The notes under the pieces: generated by a model
Database searches by the model: none
The model's input: the letters and a program-made list of their open reading frames with translations, nothing else
Told to the model about the DNA's origin: nothing
Made by a program: the position numbers and the translations under genes
In this document: in pieces, positions 1 through 9,415 of the stretch
How the letters are laid out: the number at the start of each line of letters is the position of its first letter
Numbering within the stretch: the first letter of the stretch is position 1
Assembly: GCA_018985225.1 (NCBI GenBank)
Contig: JADGIF010000075.1
Coordinates: forward strand, 1 to 23,338
Source: Amoeboradix gromovi X-113
Lineage: Eukaryota; Fungi; Sanchytriomycota
Reading direction: 5' to 3'
Length of the DNA stretch: 23,338 nucleotides

Positions 1-64
1 TCACCAAGACCATAGAGATATCAATCCAGGTACTTCAAAATAATGTAGGCAAGAACATGCTCAA

Positions 65-151
65 ATGGCATCTCCCCAAGTTGTCTACACTTGAGAAGTG
101 TGGGGTTTGAAATCTTCTTGATTTTCGAATTCTTCACATTAAACGTAGGCG
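65..151. repeat. 87-bp dispersed repeat, copy A (inverted copy at 18272-18358); possibly a retroelement integrase relic
   Basis: Matches the reverse complement of 18272-18358 at 81/87 positions without gaps (hand alignment). Confidence 0.9.
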
Positions 152-359
152 TTACCAGGCTATCCAAGAGCAAGAAGATGGTTACGCATTGAGAAACCCT
201 TGCCTAAAGTGGGGAATACTCTAGTCTAATTATCAGCCGAGCAACTACATATTCAACTATTTTAAGAATCGAGAAATAAATATGCAATAACAGGTCAAGT
301 ATTCCAAATTTTCAAAGTAGCTACCGCATGGTGCAGACTGCTTGGCTTATCAACTGTTA

Positions 360-620
360 TAGAGTATTTGGTTGCAGACTTGACGAATAGTATTCGTGCA
401 ACTTGTATGGCAGTCTGAAGAAAATCAGTTTGGAGACATGCACAAACTGACATTAGAAAGTGCATAGCGAAGATGGCAGCAAGAAGGCATGTTTACATGC
501 ATAATTATTTAGACCCATCTCAGGTAGTGGAAGCGTCAGAAATGCTGTGATGTAGCGACCGTCTTTGTCAATTTCTCTGGAAATTCTTGGTTTTTCAAAA
601 ATCAGGAGTTTGAAACGATA
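360..620 (+). mobile_element. Degenerate copy of the TIR element family (inverted relative to 2565-2912)
   Basis: 447-620 aligns with the reverse complement of about 2570-2765 (ctcaggtagtggaagcgtcag vs ctcagggtagtgaaagcgtgag; tttctctggaaattcttgg vs tttctctgtggaaattctcga) and ends in the TIR motif. Left boundary is uncertain. Confidence 0.7.
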
Positions 621-624
621 GGAA

Positions 625-2379
625 ATGATTTTAGTGAGTCTATGTCTTGGGATAGTATTGAATTCAACAGTGACTCAGTTATTTAAATATTCTACGTGGC
701 TGCAAAAGTCACTACAGATCCGCATGGATGAAGATCTAGGAACTGGAGAGTATTTGGAAGAAAAATACAATGAACTAGTGGCGCTTCATACCACTATAGA
801 ACACAGTGTAAATCTATTAGTTAATGCAACCGGCTTCAAAGGACTGCATGCATATGATCCACAGAAAGATATTGATGAAATCATACGTAGTGCGAGTATA
901 ATTCATCAGTACTTAGATACGCAAGACAATAGTGCAGAAAGGCATCAAAAATTGGGTGATTTGATGGAGCAGATAAAAAACGCAGCCGATTCTATAGATG
1001 CTAATATCCAAGAAGATGTATTCAAACAGAAGCTAAACAATAAAGGCAATTTGGAAACTTTAATTAAGAATGACTTTACACTTCTGGATAGTCACAACAA
1101 TGAATACACGATTAGGAAGTTTAATGACTTTACTTATTGGGAGGATATTGATCTGCTTAATGACATAATTTTGTTATTTGTTAGTGCTACAATTATTGGA
1201 ATACTGTGCAATGTGATTCAGCTACCCATATTTCTTGGTCATCTAATCGCAGGGGCCCTTCTAGGTCCTTATGGATACAACTTAATACACAACATGGTGC
1301 AAGTGGAGACTCTAGGCCAGTTAGGTGTTTTACTCATTTTGTTTGCCCTGGGGATGGAATTTAGCATAGACAAGATCAGGAAAATATGGAAAATAGCATT
1401 GAATACATCCTTGGGCTTGATATTAGCATGTGCATTCGGCGTTGTGCTGGCGAAGAGTTTGTTGCAGTTAACCATCTTGGAATCATTTTTGATCGGTTTA
1501 AATATTTCATTAAGCTCTACTATTGTTGTGCTCAAGTTTATGAGTCCCGGTGAATTAGAGGAATGCGGTAAAATTACTTTGGGTATATTAATTAGTCAGG
1601 ACATTATACTATCTGTACTGCTGGCTATTTTGCCTATTTTTGCAGAGCCTAGTTTTCTAATGCTTGCTTGGAGCTGTCTAACACTGATATTTAAAATATC
1701 CATATTTTACTGTGTATGCTATGTGGTTAGAACACCTGTTCTGACTCTATTTAAATGGCTAAATACACGGCGAGACGTAGTGCTACTAGGTGTGGTTGGA
1801 TATTGTTTTATTTTAGCTAGAATTAGTTTAATATTAAACCTTAGCAGTGAACTGGGATGCTTTGTAGCGGGATTTCTTCTTAGTTTCGATAAAAAGACGA
1901 GCCATTCCTTATTCAAGGTCGTAGACCCCATTAAAGATTTTATGGGATGCTTGTTTTTTGCTAGCATTGGATTACAGCTGAATTTCAAATTTCTAATAAA
2001 AGAGTTTTATATCGTTTCTCTTTTTAGCATTATGATTGTACTACTCAAATACGTTTATATATTCGTAAACATATATTATTTGCACAATGTTCACAAGCGT
2101 GATGCATTTATTATAGGATTGAGATTGGCCCAAATCAGTGAGTTCTCGTACATGTTGATGGCTAAATCAAAAACTTTACATTTGCTAAGTAGGGAAATGT
2201 ACCACTTAATGGTAGGCGTAACCACCATGACACTTATAATCAACATTTTAATGAGCATGGCATTCAATAAATATGTGTTGAAGCAAGATGTGTATCAATA
2301 CAGATTGACAAAAATACCGATAAAAACTCATTCAAAAAGAAATAGTGAGACTGTTTATGAAGAAGACTTTAGGGTATGA
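625..2379 (+). CDS. CPA2-family K+/H+ antiporter (TMCO3/KEA4-6-like), 584 aa
   Basis: Hydrophobic N-terminus, soluble coiled region, then many TM helices with CPA2 motifs LGHLIAGALLGP, LGVLLILFALGMEFS, SLSSTIVV, GILISQD, LGCFVAG, FFASIG, LAQISEFS. Confidence 0.9.
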   Translation: MILVSLCLGIVLNSTVTQLFKYSTWLQKSLQIRMDEDLGTGEYLEEKYNELVALHTTIEHSVNLLVNATGFKGLHAYDPQKDIDEIIRSASIIHQYLDTQDNSAERHQKLGDLMEQIKNAADSIDANIQEDVFKQKLNNKGNLETLIKNDFTLLDSHNNEYTIRKFNDFTYWEDIDLLNDIILLFVSATIIGILCNVIQLPIFLGHLIAGALLGPYGYNLIHNMVQVETLGQLGVLLILFALGMEFSIDKIRKIWKIALNTSLGLILACAFGVVLAKSLLQLTILESFLIGLNISLSSTIVVLKFMSPGELEECGKITLGILISQDIILSVLLAILPIFAEPSFLMLAWSCLTLIFKISIFYCVCYVVRTPVLTLFKWLNTRRDVVLLGVVGYCFILARISLILNLSSELGCFVAGFLLSFDKKTSHSLFKVVDPIKDFMGCLFFASIGLQLNFKFLIKEFYIVSLFSIMIVLLKYVYIFVNIYYLHNVHKRDAFIIGLRLAQISEFSYMLMAKSKTLHLLSREMYHLMVGVTTMTLIINILMSMAFNKYVLKQDVYQYRLTKIPIKTHSKRNSETVYEEDFRV

Positions 2380-2564
2380 GAAGACCCAATTAATTTTAAT
2401 AAATTTTCTGAGTTTATCGTCTAATTCCAATTCCCACGCTTGATTAACTCGTTTTCTTACAGCTGTAGAATTTAATTCAAAAAGCAATTTATTGTGGTTA
2501 CATAAAACCTGTTGCTAGGTTGTGTTCTATTTCTACAGCTCATCGAATTTTGTAAAATGAAGAA

Positions 2565-2912
2565 TACTGAGAGTCTCGTTAAAAGTCCAGATTTCCGAGA
2601 AAATCGAGAATTTCCACAGAGAAACTAGCAATGCTAGATGCTCCGTTCCAGTGATTACTCACGCTTTCACTACCCTGAGGCGGGATTGAATAAGGATGCA
2701 GATACTTGATGTATACGTCCCTTTCTGCCATATGGTCTCTACTGTCGCATATTAGGTCAGACCAGTCACAAGAATTATTAAAGTAAATGGTTTACAGGTT
2801 TATTTATCCTTGATCTCTTACCTGTGCAACAATGTGATGTCTTGATACTTATTATGTTCTCTGTGGAAATTCTCGATTTTCTCGGATATCAGGACTTTAA
2901 AGGAGTTTTGTA
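2565..2912. mobile_element. MITE-like non-autonomous DNA transposon (~350 bp) with ~42-bp terminal inverted repeats and TA at both ends
   Basis: aaagtccagatttccgagaaaatcgagaatttccacagagaa (~2582-2623) vs ttctctgtggaaattctcgattttctcggatatcaggacttt (~2857-2898): 40/42 complementary. Outer ends begin TAC and end GTA (Tc1/pogo-like). No ORF inside. Confidence 0.8.
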
Positions 2913-3003
2913 CTAGAATAAAATCTCAATATTCATTCTTTTAACATATTACAGGTTTCTCCAAAGCACCAAACAGCTAAATCATGTTGAATACAACTCA
3001 ATC

Positions 3004-3031
3004 CAGGACTTTTAACGAGAAGCATCCAGTA
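3004..3031. repeat. Additional terminal fragment of the same TIR
   Basis: caggacttttaacgaga...cagta matches the reverse complement of the left terminus tactgagagtctcgttaaaagtccag. Confidence 0.6.
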
Positions 3032-3065
3032 TACAAATTTTTGAGTAGTTCTCCACCTAAAACGA

Positions 3066-3398
3066 ATGGGAATTTTCGCAGATGAGGTTAAAATGTTTTG
3101 CGAAGCAGCGTTGACAAGTGGATACATTAAGAGATCAGAAGACATACAGCTATTGAGCGAATACCCAAACACATTGATTTCTATGGTAAATAAGGAGTGT
3201 GGAGGAGATATTGAGTACATACCTAGGACTGAAGAAGAATTAAAAATTCATATACAAAGTGTAAAGACTGAAAAAGAGCTGTTACTGCGTTCAATGGATG
3301 ATATGATAGCTAAGGGATTGCCGATATTAGAAAAATTAAATGAAATGCAGCCAAAAATACCAGATGTATTTGAGCAATTGAAAAGTTTTGAAGAGTAG
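3066..3398 (+). CDS. Hypothetical protein, 110 aa, with a C-terminal coiled coil
   Basis: ATG-initiated ORF with natural helical composition, convergent with Med4 at 45 nt. No family recognised. Confidence 0.6.
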   Translation: MGIFADEVKMFCEAALTSGYIKRSEDIQLLSEYPNTLISMVNKECGGDIEYIPRTEEELKIHIQSVKTEKELLLRSMDDMIAKGLPILEKLNEMQPKIPDVFEQLKSFEE

Positions 3399-3443
3399 GC
3401 TTTGCTTGGTAACACCAGAGTATATTTTGCAAGTAAAAATTTA

Positions 3444-4013
3444 TTACAAATCTAAATCCATGATTCCTTCATCATCACTCGACACTACTGAGTTTCTGAA
3501 AGATTTTTCTTCAGATACAACATCCTGCACTAGAATCTTAGGTTGTACGGGTGTCAAGTTAAACAGTTTAGATAGTTTCATCATGTCTTCAGTTGGAAAG
3601 GGTATACCACTTTTGAATTTATCGGAAGGTGGGCCAGAGGTATAAATAGTTAATCGTGCACATTCTTTTACAAAGTCATTTATATTGTCAAATTTAGGTA
3701 CTTTTAAAGAATTTAAGTACTCGATCTCCCTTAATATCTGGACAGATTCCTTGTAATCCTTTTGCAGCTCATCAATCTTTAATACATTTTGCTCAGATTC
3801 AGAGAATATTTTTTGATAAAGCTTATTAATTTCTTTATGATTCATTTGATGTTCATGAATTACATTCAATTCGCACTGAATTTGATTATTTAACCTCTGC
3901 AAGCCATCTAAATCAGGGGATCCATTTAATATGTCACTACTTACTTGTTTAAGAACAGTTTTGAACTCTTGTATTGAGGCCACACAATTTTCGACATTTG
4001 GCAATCTGGACAT
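3444..4013 (-). CDS. MED4: Mediator subunit Med4
   Basis: N-terminal coiled coil followed by the Med4 signature (C)ARLTIYTSGPP...PFPTEDMMKLSKL and an acidic tail ending DLDL. Confidence 0.85.
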   Translation of the reverse strand: MSRLPNVENCVASIQEFKTVLKQVSSDILNGSPDLDGLQRLNNQIQCELNVIHEHQMNHKEINKLYQKIFSESEQNVLKIDELQKDYKESVQILREIEYLNSLKVPKFDNINDFVKECARLTIYTSGPPSDKFKSGIPFPTEDMMKLSKLFNLTPVQPKILVQDVVSEEKSFRNSVVSSDDEGIMDLDL

Positions 4014-4891
4014 GGAGGTTTAGAAAATTCGTGATGCATTAAGAATCCATTAGACCCGCGCTTTGGCCTGCAATAATAGCCTGACAGTTCGCTTTTATAC
4101 GCGTTGACTGCTAGTTCGCGCAGTAAATGCAAAAGCTTGAAAGGTGTGACTATAAATGCAAAAAGCAGACCAAAATACTTGAAACGATAAGTTTCATACT
4201 GTAAAAATAATTAATTTTGTTTCATAATATTTGATAATATTTAATAATAAGTAAAATACTACTGGAAAATATAATTGATCCGCACTGCATAATGATGTTG
4301 AAGATACTTGGTCTCGCAAAGGTCGTTCATACTTCTGTCTCTTATGTTGCTATTGGGACACCAAATATAAAAACTAGACTAACCCGTTTTTAATGGTGCA
4401 CCTACGGAGGAAATGCTATTATTAATAAAAAGATCTTCTATTATACCAGTTTTCTTTCATTACTTTCAATCCCCTCTTCAAAATAAAACTAGATGAGGTC
4501 TTTGAGCATCTAAGCAAAAGATGCATTTTCTTAGACGGTACTCTTTTCTAGAGTCATTTTGTAATGTTATACTAACATCATCACTCTTGTCTATTTCTTT
4601 GAAGTGTAATCTATGGACAGTCTCCCTGACTCTTGTCTTGCTGAATTTCAATTTCGTTTTAACTGTTCCAACAACTTAGTACTATGAATTGGTATTATGA
4701 ATCAGAGGTTTATTTGAAATAAAGATTGGATGAAAGAGTAAGAGAATAGCTGTACAGAATATTTATTTTTGAAATTTCGATACAAAAAGTTATTTATAAA
4801 AGTTATTTATTTTCCTTTTATACTCGTCAACTCCGCAACTAGCTGAATGTCCACTCGCCTCTTAAATCCATAAATTAATAAAGCTGATATA

Positions 4892-5480
4892 ATGTTCCAA
4901 GTTGTTACAGAAAGTTAGTCCAGTTTTATATTTGATGTTGCTATTGTATTAAATGGAAGCAAGCAATCTGTCGCTCAATTCCGAATTATTTATGAAGGTG
5001 ATAAATCAGATCTTCCATTATTTGAATGTTTGCTGAGAAATAGCACCACATCTCTAACAATGCGAGTTGTCTCAAATGTTTTAAAATGATTATGATAACA
5101 GCCAAAGTATCCCAAGACACCTTTAGATTTGGATAGAAAAGTGTGATGGGATCAAATCATTTGAAAATGGCCATGGAGAATCAAGATCTTGCCGTATGTA
5201 TACTCATGCAGATAGAACGAGAAGTTGCCATTCAAAAGTTATTCTTGTTGAATTTATCCCGGATGATGAAGAACAGGTTGGCAAAGAATATAATACTAAA
5301 ACTATTTCACCCGATGTTGAAGTGTTGAATGGGGGACATCTGTAAAAATATTTAGTCTCTTTTTTAAAGTGGGGTTACCAGACTAAAAATAATATTGCTG
5401 AGGAAGTTTTAGATTGAAGATGCTTATAAAAAGTTGGCCAAATTGCAGATAACCTTGACAATACCGATTGAGAACAGCTC
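4892..5480 (+). pseudogene. Fragmented coding-like sequence of unknown origin
   Basis: Several 50-70 codon protein-like stretches (SSFIFDVAIVLNGSKQSVAQFRIIYEG; CDGIKSFENGHGESRSCRMY...VILVEFIPDDEE) broken by stops and frameshifts. Confidence 0.35.
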
Positions 5481-5535
5481 ACTATATGAACACTTTGGTG
5501 TAAGAGTGCAAAATGATTAGAGCCACGGATAAAAC

Positions 5536-6054
5536 ATGTTAAATTTCACCAAATCGTTTTTCTACCCGAACTTGTCACTTTACGATTACCCGATTCTGAC
5601 TAGATATCCAAACCCCTATTCTAGTCATGTTGTAGCTAGTGATACCATCAAATCATATACGAAAACAGACAAAAATGGCAAGTCTATTCTTGTCATAGAA
5701 AGAATTCTAGCTAAGGTTTCGAAGCTTCACGTTCCACTCATTAAAAATAAACTAGCTTTTGTGTTGGAAAGGATAGAATATGGAGACAAAATTGAGGTTC
5801 AAAATCTAAATATCTCCCACACCAAATGGATGAGGATGTTGGAACATCAGACTATTCAGCAAAAGTTACAATTTAATAAAAAGCAGGGTAAAGAGATTAA
5901 TGGCGTCTCAGTTAATATAAATACTAATATTCAGAGTTGGAATTCTATAGTGGAACAGTTTTGTTTAAAAAATTACAAAGAAAATGTAAAGCGAGCACAA
6001 AACGGAATGAAGTGCGTCATGGAAAGAATGGGATGGAAAATGCAAACTGAATAA
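5536..6054 (+). CDS. PRELI/MSF1-domain mitochondrial lipid transfer protein (Ups1-like)
   Basis: RYPNPYSSHVVASD motif, NLNISHTKWMRMLE, and C-terminal VEQFCLKNYKENVKRAQNGMKCVMER; 172 aa. Confidence 0.9.
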   Translation: MLNFTKSFFYPNLSLYDYPILTRYPNPYSSHVVASDTIKSYTKTDKNGKSILVIERILAKVSKLHVPLIKNKLAFVLERIEYGDKIEVQNLNISHTKWMRMLEHQTIQQKLQFNKKQGKEINGVSVNINTNIQSWNSIVEQFCLKNYKENVKRAQNGMKCVMERMGWKMQTE

Positions 6055-6067
6055 AATCTATTTTTAC

Positions 6068-7459
6068 ATGAAAAAGGAGTTTTGTATGACACCTCAACTT
6101 TCAGACAATAAACTTACTGCAATTCAGTTTCCTGGCTTAGTTGAAGACGAAGAGAACGCCCTCAATCTCATGGGTGGAAAGTCTAAAATCACTTCATTAC
6201 TGGCAAATCGGAATTCTGCAATTTCGTTAGAATTTAAGCGGGATCATTTTAGCACGAAAATTAAAGGCCATCAAGTCTGTGTAAATTATTTATTGGCAGA
6301 GCTGGATGAAGATCTTTGTTGCACTATAGCCGGAACAATAGACCACATGGTCCATTTTTCTGAAATGGCCGACTATCATATGGATGTTGAAAAAGACATC
6401 GAAATGGATAAATTAAGATCCGCGATTGATTCTACAGATTTAGATTCCATATTTGACTTTGATTTCTTAAACCATAAATTTCAAGTCGATTTTGAACCTC
6501 CTCCTGTCTTTACTAACAAGGTGCACCCTACCGAGTACCAGTTTAAAGGTCAGAAATTCGATAAAAATAAGAAGTCTTTGTGGCCAAAGGTCTTGAAAGT
6601 TGATTTTAGTTTAGATGACTTTCTAATTCCAGGTGAATTGCCTTTGGAAGATTATCAAAAACATGTTGCATTGCTCTCCAAGGATTTGCAAAACCTACTT
6701 CAGAGGACTGTTAATGCTTTCAAAAATCGACCCATAATGACTTCTGTATGCTTGGCCAATATTCTTGATATTCATTCCAATGACTCTTCAGTACAATATC
6801 GGTACATGAAATCTAAAATTCTTCCTCTAGTATCTTATTTTATTCCACAAGGACCTTTTCGATACTGCTATGCTAAGTTGGGCTTTGATCCTAGAGATAA
6901 GCCAGACCTCTCAAAAAAATTCCAAGTTTTAGACGCAGCCTCGAAAAAATATAAAATTCGTCAAAACTTTAAGGATTCGCAGCCATCCCATATTTTTGAT
7001 GGCCAAAATGCGAAAGTATATATGATCGTCCACTTGTGTGATGTCACAGATCCATGTCTGCATAAACTGATAAATGATATGGAGTGCCTTCCAAGTTACA
7101 ACAATTATGGCGGGTTTTACAACGAGATTGACTTTGCAGCCATAAAAGAGATATTCAGAAGAAGATATGCTAATGTTGCGTTAAATGACAACAACGAAAT
7201 ACCGGAATCGTTGCAGGAAGCCAAGCTTTTGAATTTAAACATCGCGCACAGGAAAAAGAGCAGCGAACCCCACAGCGATGAGAGTGAAGACAACAACGAT
7301 GATGCGGAAAGTGAGGATTCTAGCATTAATGAGGATTTACCGGAGTTTGAATTTGATCTAGATGAGATTGTAGGTACAAGCGAAGTGGAGAGAAATTATG
7401 TGCAAGCGAATGACCTCTCAAGGCAAGTGGATGAAATGCTAGAGAATATGAACTTTTGA
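6068..7459 (+). CDS. TFC1: TFIIIC subunit tau95 (Tfc1/Sfc1/GTF3C5)
   Basis: IQFPGLVEDEENALNLMGG, HFSEMADYH, FKNRPIMT, YFIPQGPFRYCYAKLGFDPR and an acidic C-terminal tail. Confidence 0.9.
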   Translation: MKKEFCMTPQLSDNKLTAIQFPGLVEDEENALNLMGGKSKITSLLANRNSAISLEFKRDHFSTKIKGHQVCVNYLLAELDEDLCCTIAGTIDHMVHFSEMADYHMDVEKDIEMDKLRSAIDSTDLDSIFDFDFLNHKFQVDFEPPPVFTNKVHPTEYQFKGQKFDKNKKSLWPKVLKVDFSLDDFLIPGELPLEDYQKHVALLSKDLQNLLQRTVNAFKNRPIMTSVCLANILDIHSNDSSVQYRYMKSKILPLVSYFIPQGPFRYCYAKLGFDPRDKPDLSKKFQVLDAASKKYKIRQNFKDSQPSHIFDGQNAKVYMIVHLCDVTDPCLHKLINDMECLPSYNNYGGFYNEIDFAAIKEIFRRRYANVALNDNNEIPESLQEAKLLNLNIAHRKKSSEPHSDESEDNNDDAESEDSSINEDLPEFEFDLDEIVGTSEVERNYVQANDLSRQVDEMLENMNF

Positions 7460-7498
7460 GTAAATTATATCGTATTCATTGCTGTGTAAAAATTATTT

Positions 7499-9349
7499 CT
7501 ATTCGATTTCCTGAGATTTAAGTTTAATCTTTAGGCCAGAGTCCATCTCACTCATATACTCGCTGAATTTGGCAGAATGATTTTTCTTCATTTTCTCAAC
7601 AAGTGCTTGCACAAACGACAAGCTCAGATTGTTCTCAAAATCGGCTGCTTTTACTATTGATGAAAAGTACATCAGTTTGTGATGTATGCAGTACTCAACC
7701 ATTTCAACGCAATTCCGAAATTCAGTGTCATTCAATGGTTCTTCCAGAATTTGATATATCCGTTTTCGACAACTGAACTCCAGACTTGGTAGCTTATTAC
7801 AAACGTTTTTCAACAAGAACAAATAGAATGGATTCGACTTTTTTAGCGCCTTGACCAGTTGAAATATTACATTTATAATCTCCCTCTCATTAGATTTCCT
7901 CAATTTCATGTGCATTAGTTGCTCGCTGGCATCCAAATAATCTTGAGAGTTCATAATTGTGGTAAATACCATTTTTCTGATATCAGTGTTCATACCCATC
8001 TGAGCAGCCAGTTGATTGGTTTTGTCTTTTTGCTTCAACTGACTGATTCTCTCTTTAATCTGCTTGGACGAATAACCATTGAATCTAGTTCCACTAATCC
8101 ACCACATACCTTGCGATTCTACTTCAAGAATATCCTTTAAATCTATCGATAATAGCGTACTCTTTTGTTTAAACAAGGGCTGCAAGTCACTCCAAACAGA
8201 TGGAATACTTTCATACTTTCGAACATCAAACTTGGATAACAAGAGACTGGAGAACTTGGAAAACAAAAAATTATTTCTAGAGCCTGTCCATTTAGATTTT
8301 GCAGAGTTTAAATTGTCAGTTATAGCACTCAAAGCATTTCTGCATTCTTTACGCAATTGTTCACCAAGTAATTCGGTAGCAACCGAAGAGAGATCCAAAG
8401 CAGTAGAATGTTTATCGTTGTCACAATATTTCTGCAAGATACTGGTAACCACATTCACAGGAAGCATACGGCAATGTATAAAACAACAAATACAAGTAAA
8501 AATGGTCTTTTTCGATTCAGAGTTTAACAGCAGTTCAACACACTTGGAAAATATCTGGGTAGCAAACAAAGGACCTTTAGAATCTTTGAATGATAACTGA
8601 CATATTAAAGCGCAATCAAACCATAAAACACCCTCAATGCTGCAGTTAACTAGAACATTGACCAGATAAGTCGCAACAGGGAGAGTACCAGCAATACTTA
8701 TTATTGAGGAAATTTCATCAGATACAACTCCAAAAGTCTTCAAGGAAAGCCTATTTAACCATCTAGTAATGTGTTTAACATGGTCGCTAGACAAGTTTAG
8801 AGCATCATTTTCTGCACTAGCGCCTACAGTGCGTTCGTTATCTGCAGCGCATAATGACTTTTCAGTATCTCCTTCCATATCGCTATCATATTCGCGGACT
8901 TCCAGAGATTCTTGCCCATTGACAGAATCAACTGAACAATCAGTTGCGCTCTTTAATTCTAGTTTATCCGCAATCTCAATTCCTACATCATCTTCGGTTT
9001 TAGCGTCGGATCCCAATAAATCCTGAAAGTCCTCCCACTCTTCCCATTTTGGCATCTTCCCTCTAAAATTTAATTTTTTGCTGTAATAATTCAAATCTTC
9101 ATCATGTGCGTGGTTAACCGGCGTAAGAGCTTTCTCGCCTTCATCATTCTTAACTACCAAATCAACCGAACTGACCGAATATGTTTCGCTAAAGAAAGGA
9201 TCATCGTTTAAAATTTGGACGTCAACTGTTTCTTTTATAGCTCCTGCATCTTTTTTAGTATTTTTTTTTGAAAAGTATTCTGATTTCCTCTGTTTTTTTG
9301 CTTTTCTTTCTTCTTGTCGTTGTAATTTACGCTTCATCCTTTTCTCCAT
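7499..9349 (-). CDS. SGD1: Nucleolar MIF4G+MA3 protein Sgd1/NOM1
   Basis: Basic N-terminus, LNRLS (MIF4G start), GMWWISG, MNTDIRKMVFTTIMNSQDYLDA...NEREIINV, NPFY. First in-frame ATG is 9349; the track's 9379 is TTG. Confidence 0.9.
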   Translation of the reverse strand: MEKRMKRKLQRQEERKAKKQRKSEYFSKKNTKKDAGAIKETVDVQILNDDPFFSETYSVSSVDLVVKNDEGEKALTPVNHAHDEDLNYYSKKLNFRGKMPKWEEWEDFQDLLGSDAKTEDDVGIEIADKLELKSATDCSVDSVNGQESLEVREYDSDMEGDTEKSLCAADNERTVGASAENDALNLSSDHVKHITRWLNRLSLKTFGVVSDEISSIISIAGTLPVATYLVNVLVNCSIEGVLWFDCALICQLSFKDSKGPLFATQIFSKCVELLLNSESKKTIFTCICCFIHCRMLPVNVVTSILQKYCDNDKHSTALDLSSVATELLGEQLRKECRNALSAITDNLNSAKSKWTGSRNNFLFSKFSSLLLSKFDVRKYESIPSVWSDLQPLFKQKSTLLSIDLKDILEVESQGMWWISGTRFNGYSSKQIKERISQLKQKDKTNQLAAQMGMNTDIRKMVFTTIMNSQDYLDASEQLMHMKLRKSNEREIINVIFQLVKALKKSNPFYLFLLKNVCNKLPSLEFSCRKRIYQILEEPLNDTEFRNCVEMVEYCIHHKLMYFSSIVKAADFENNLSLSFVQALVEKMKKNHSAKFSEYMSEMDSGLKIKLKSQEIE

Positions 9350-9415
9350 GTTTTTAGATTTGTGTGCTTGTAATTTCAAGTTGATGAGTAAGAATGGTTG
9401 CGATATTTATTTTAT

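Noticed and set aside
634-655. GTGAGT...TAG 22-nt candidate intron in the antiporter; similar candidates at 3029-3048 and in PRELI (5865-5883)
   Set aside because: Removal creates stops or breaks a frame that is already intact and conserved.
8079-8600. 173-aa plus-strand ORF and other antisense ORFs (1269, 1719, 7117, 11102, 16997, 20405 etc.)
   Set aside because: Shadows of well-supported genes on the opposite strand or frame, with no motifs.
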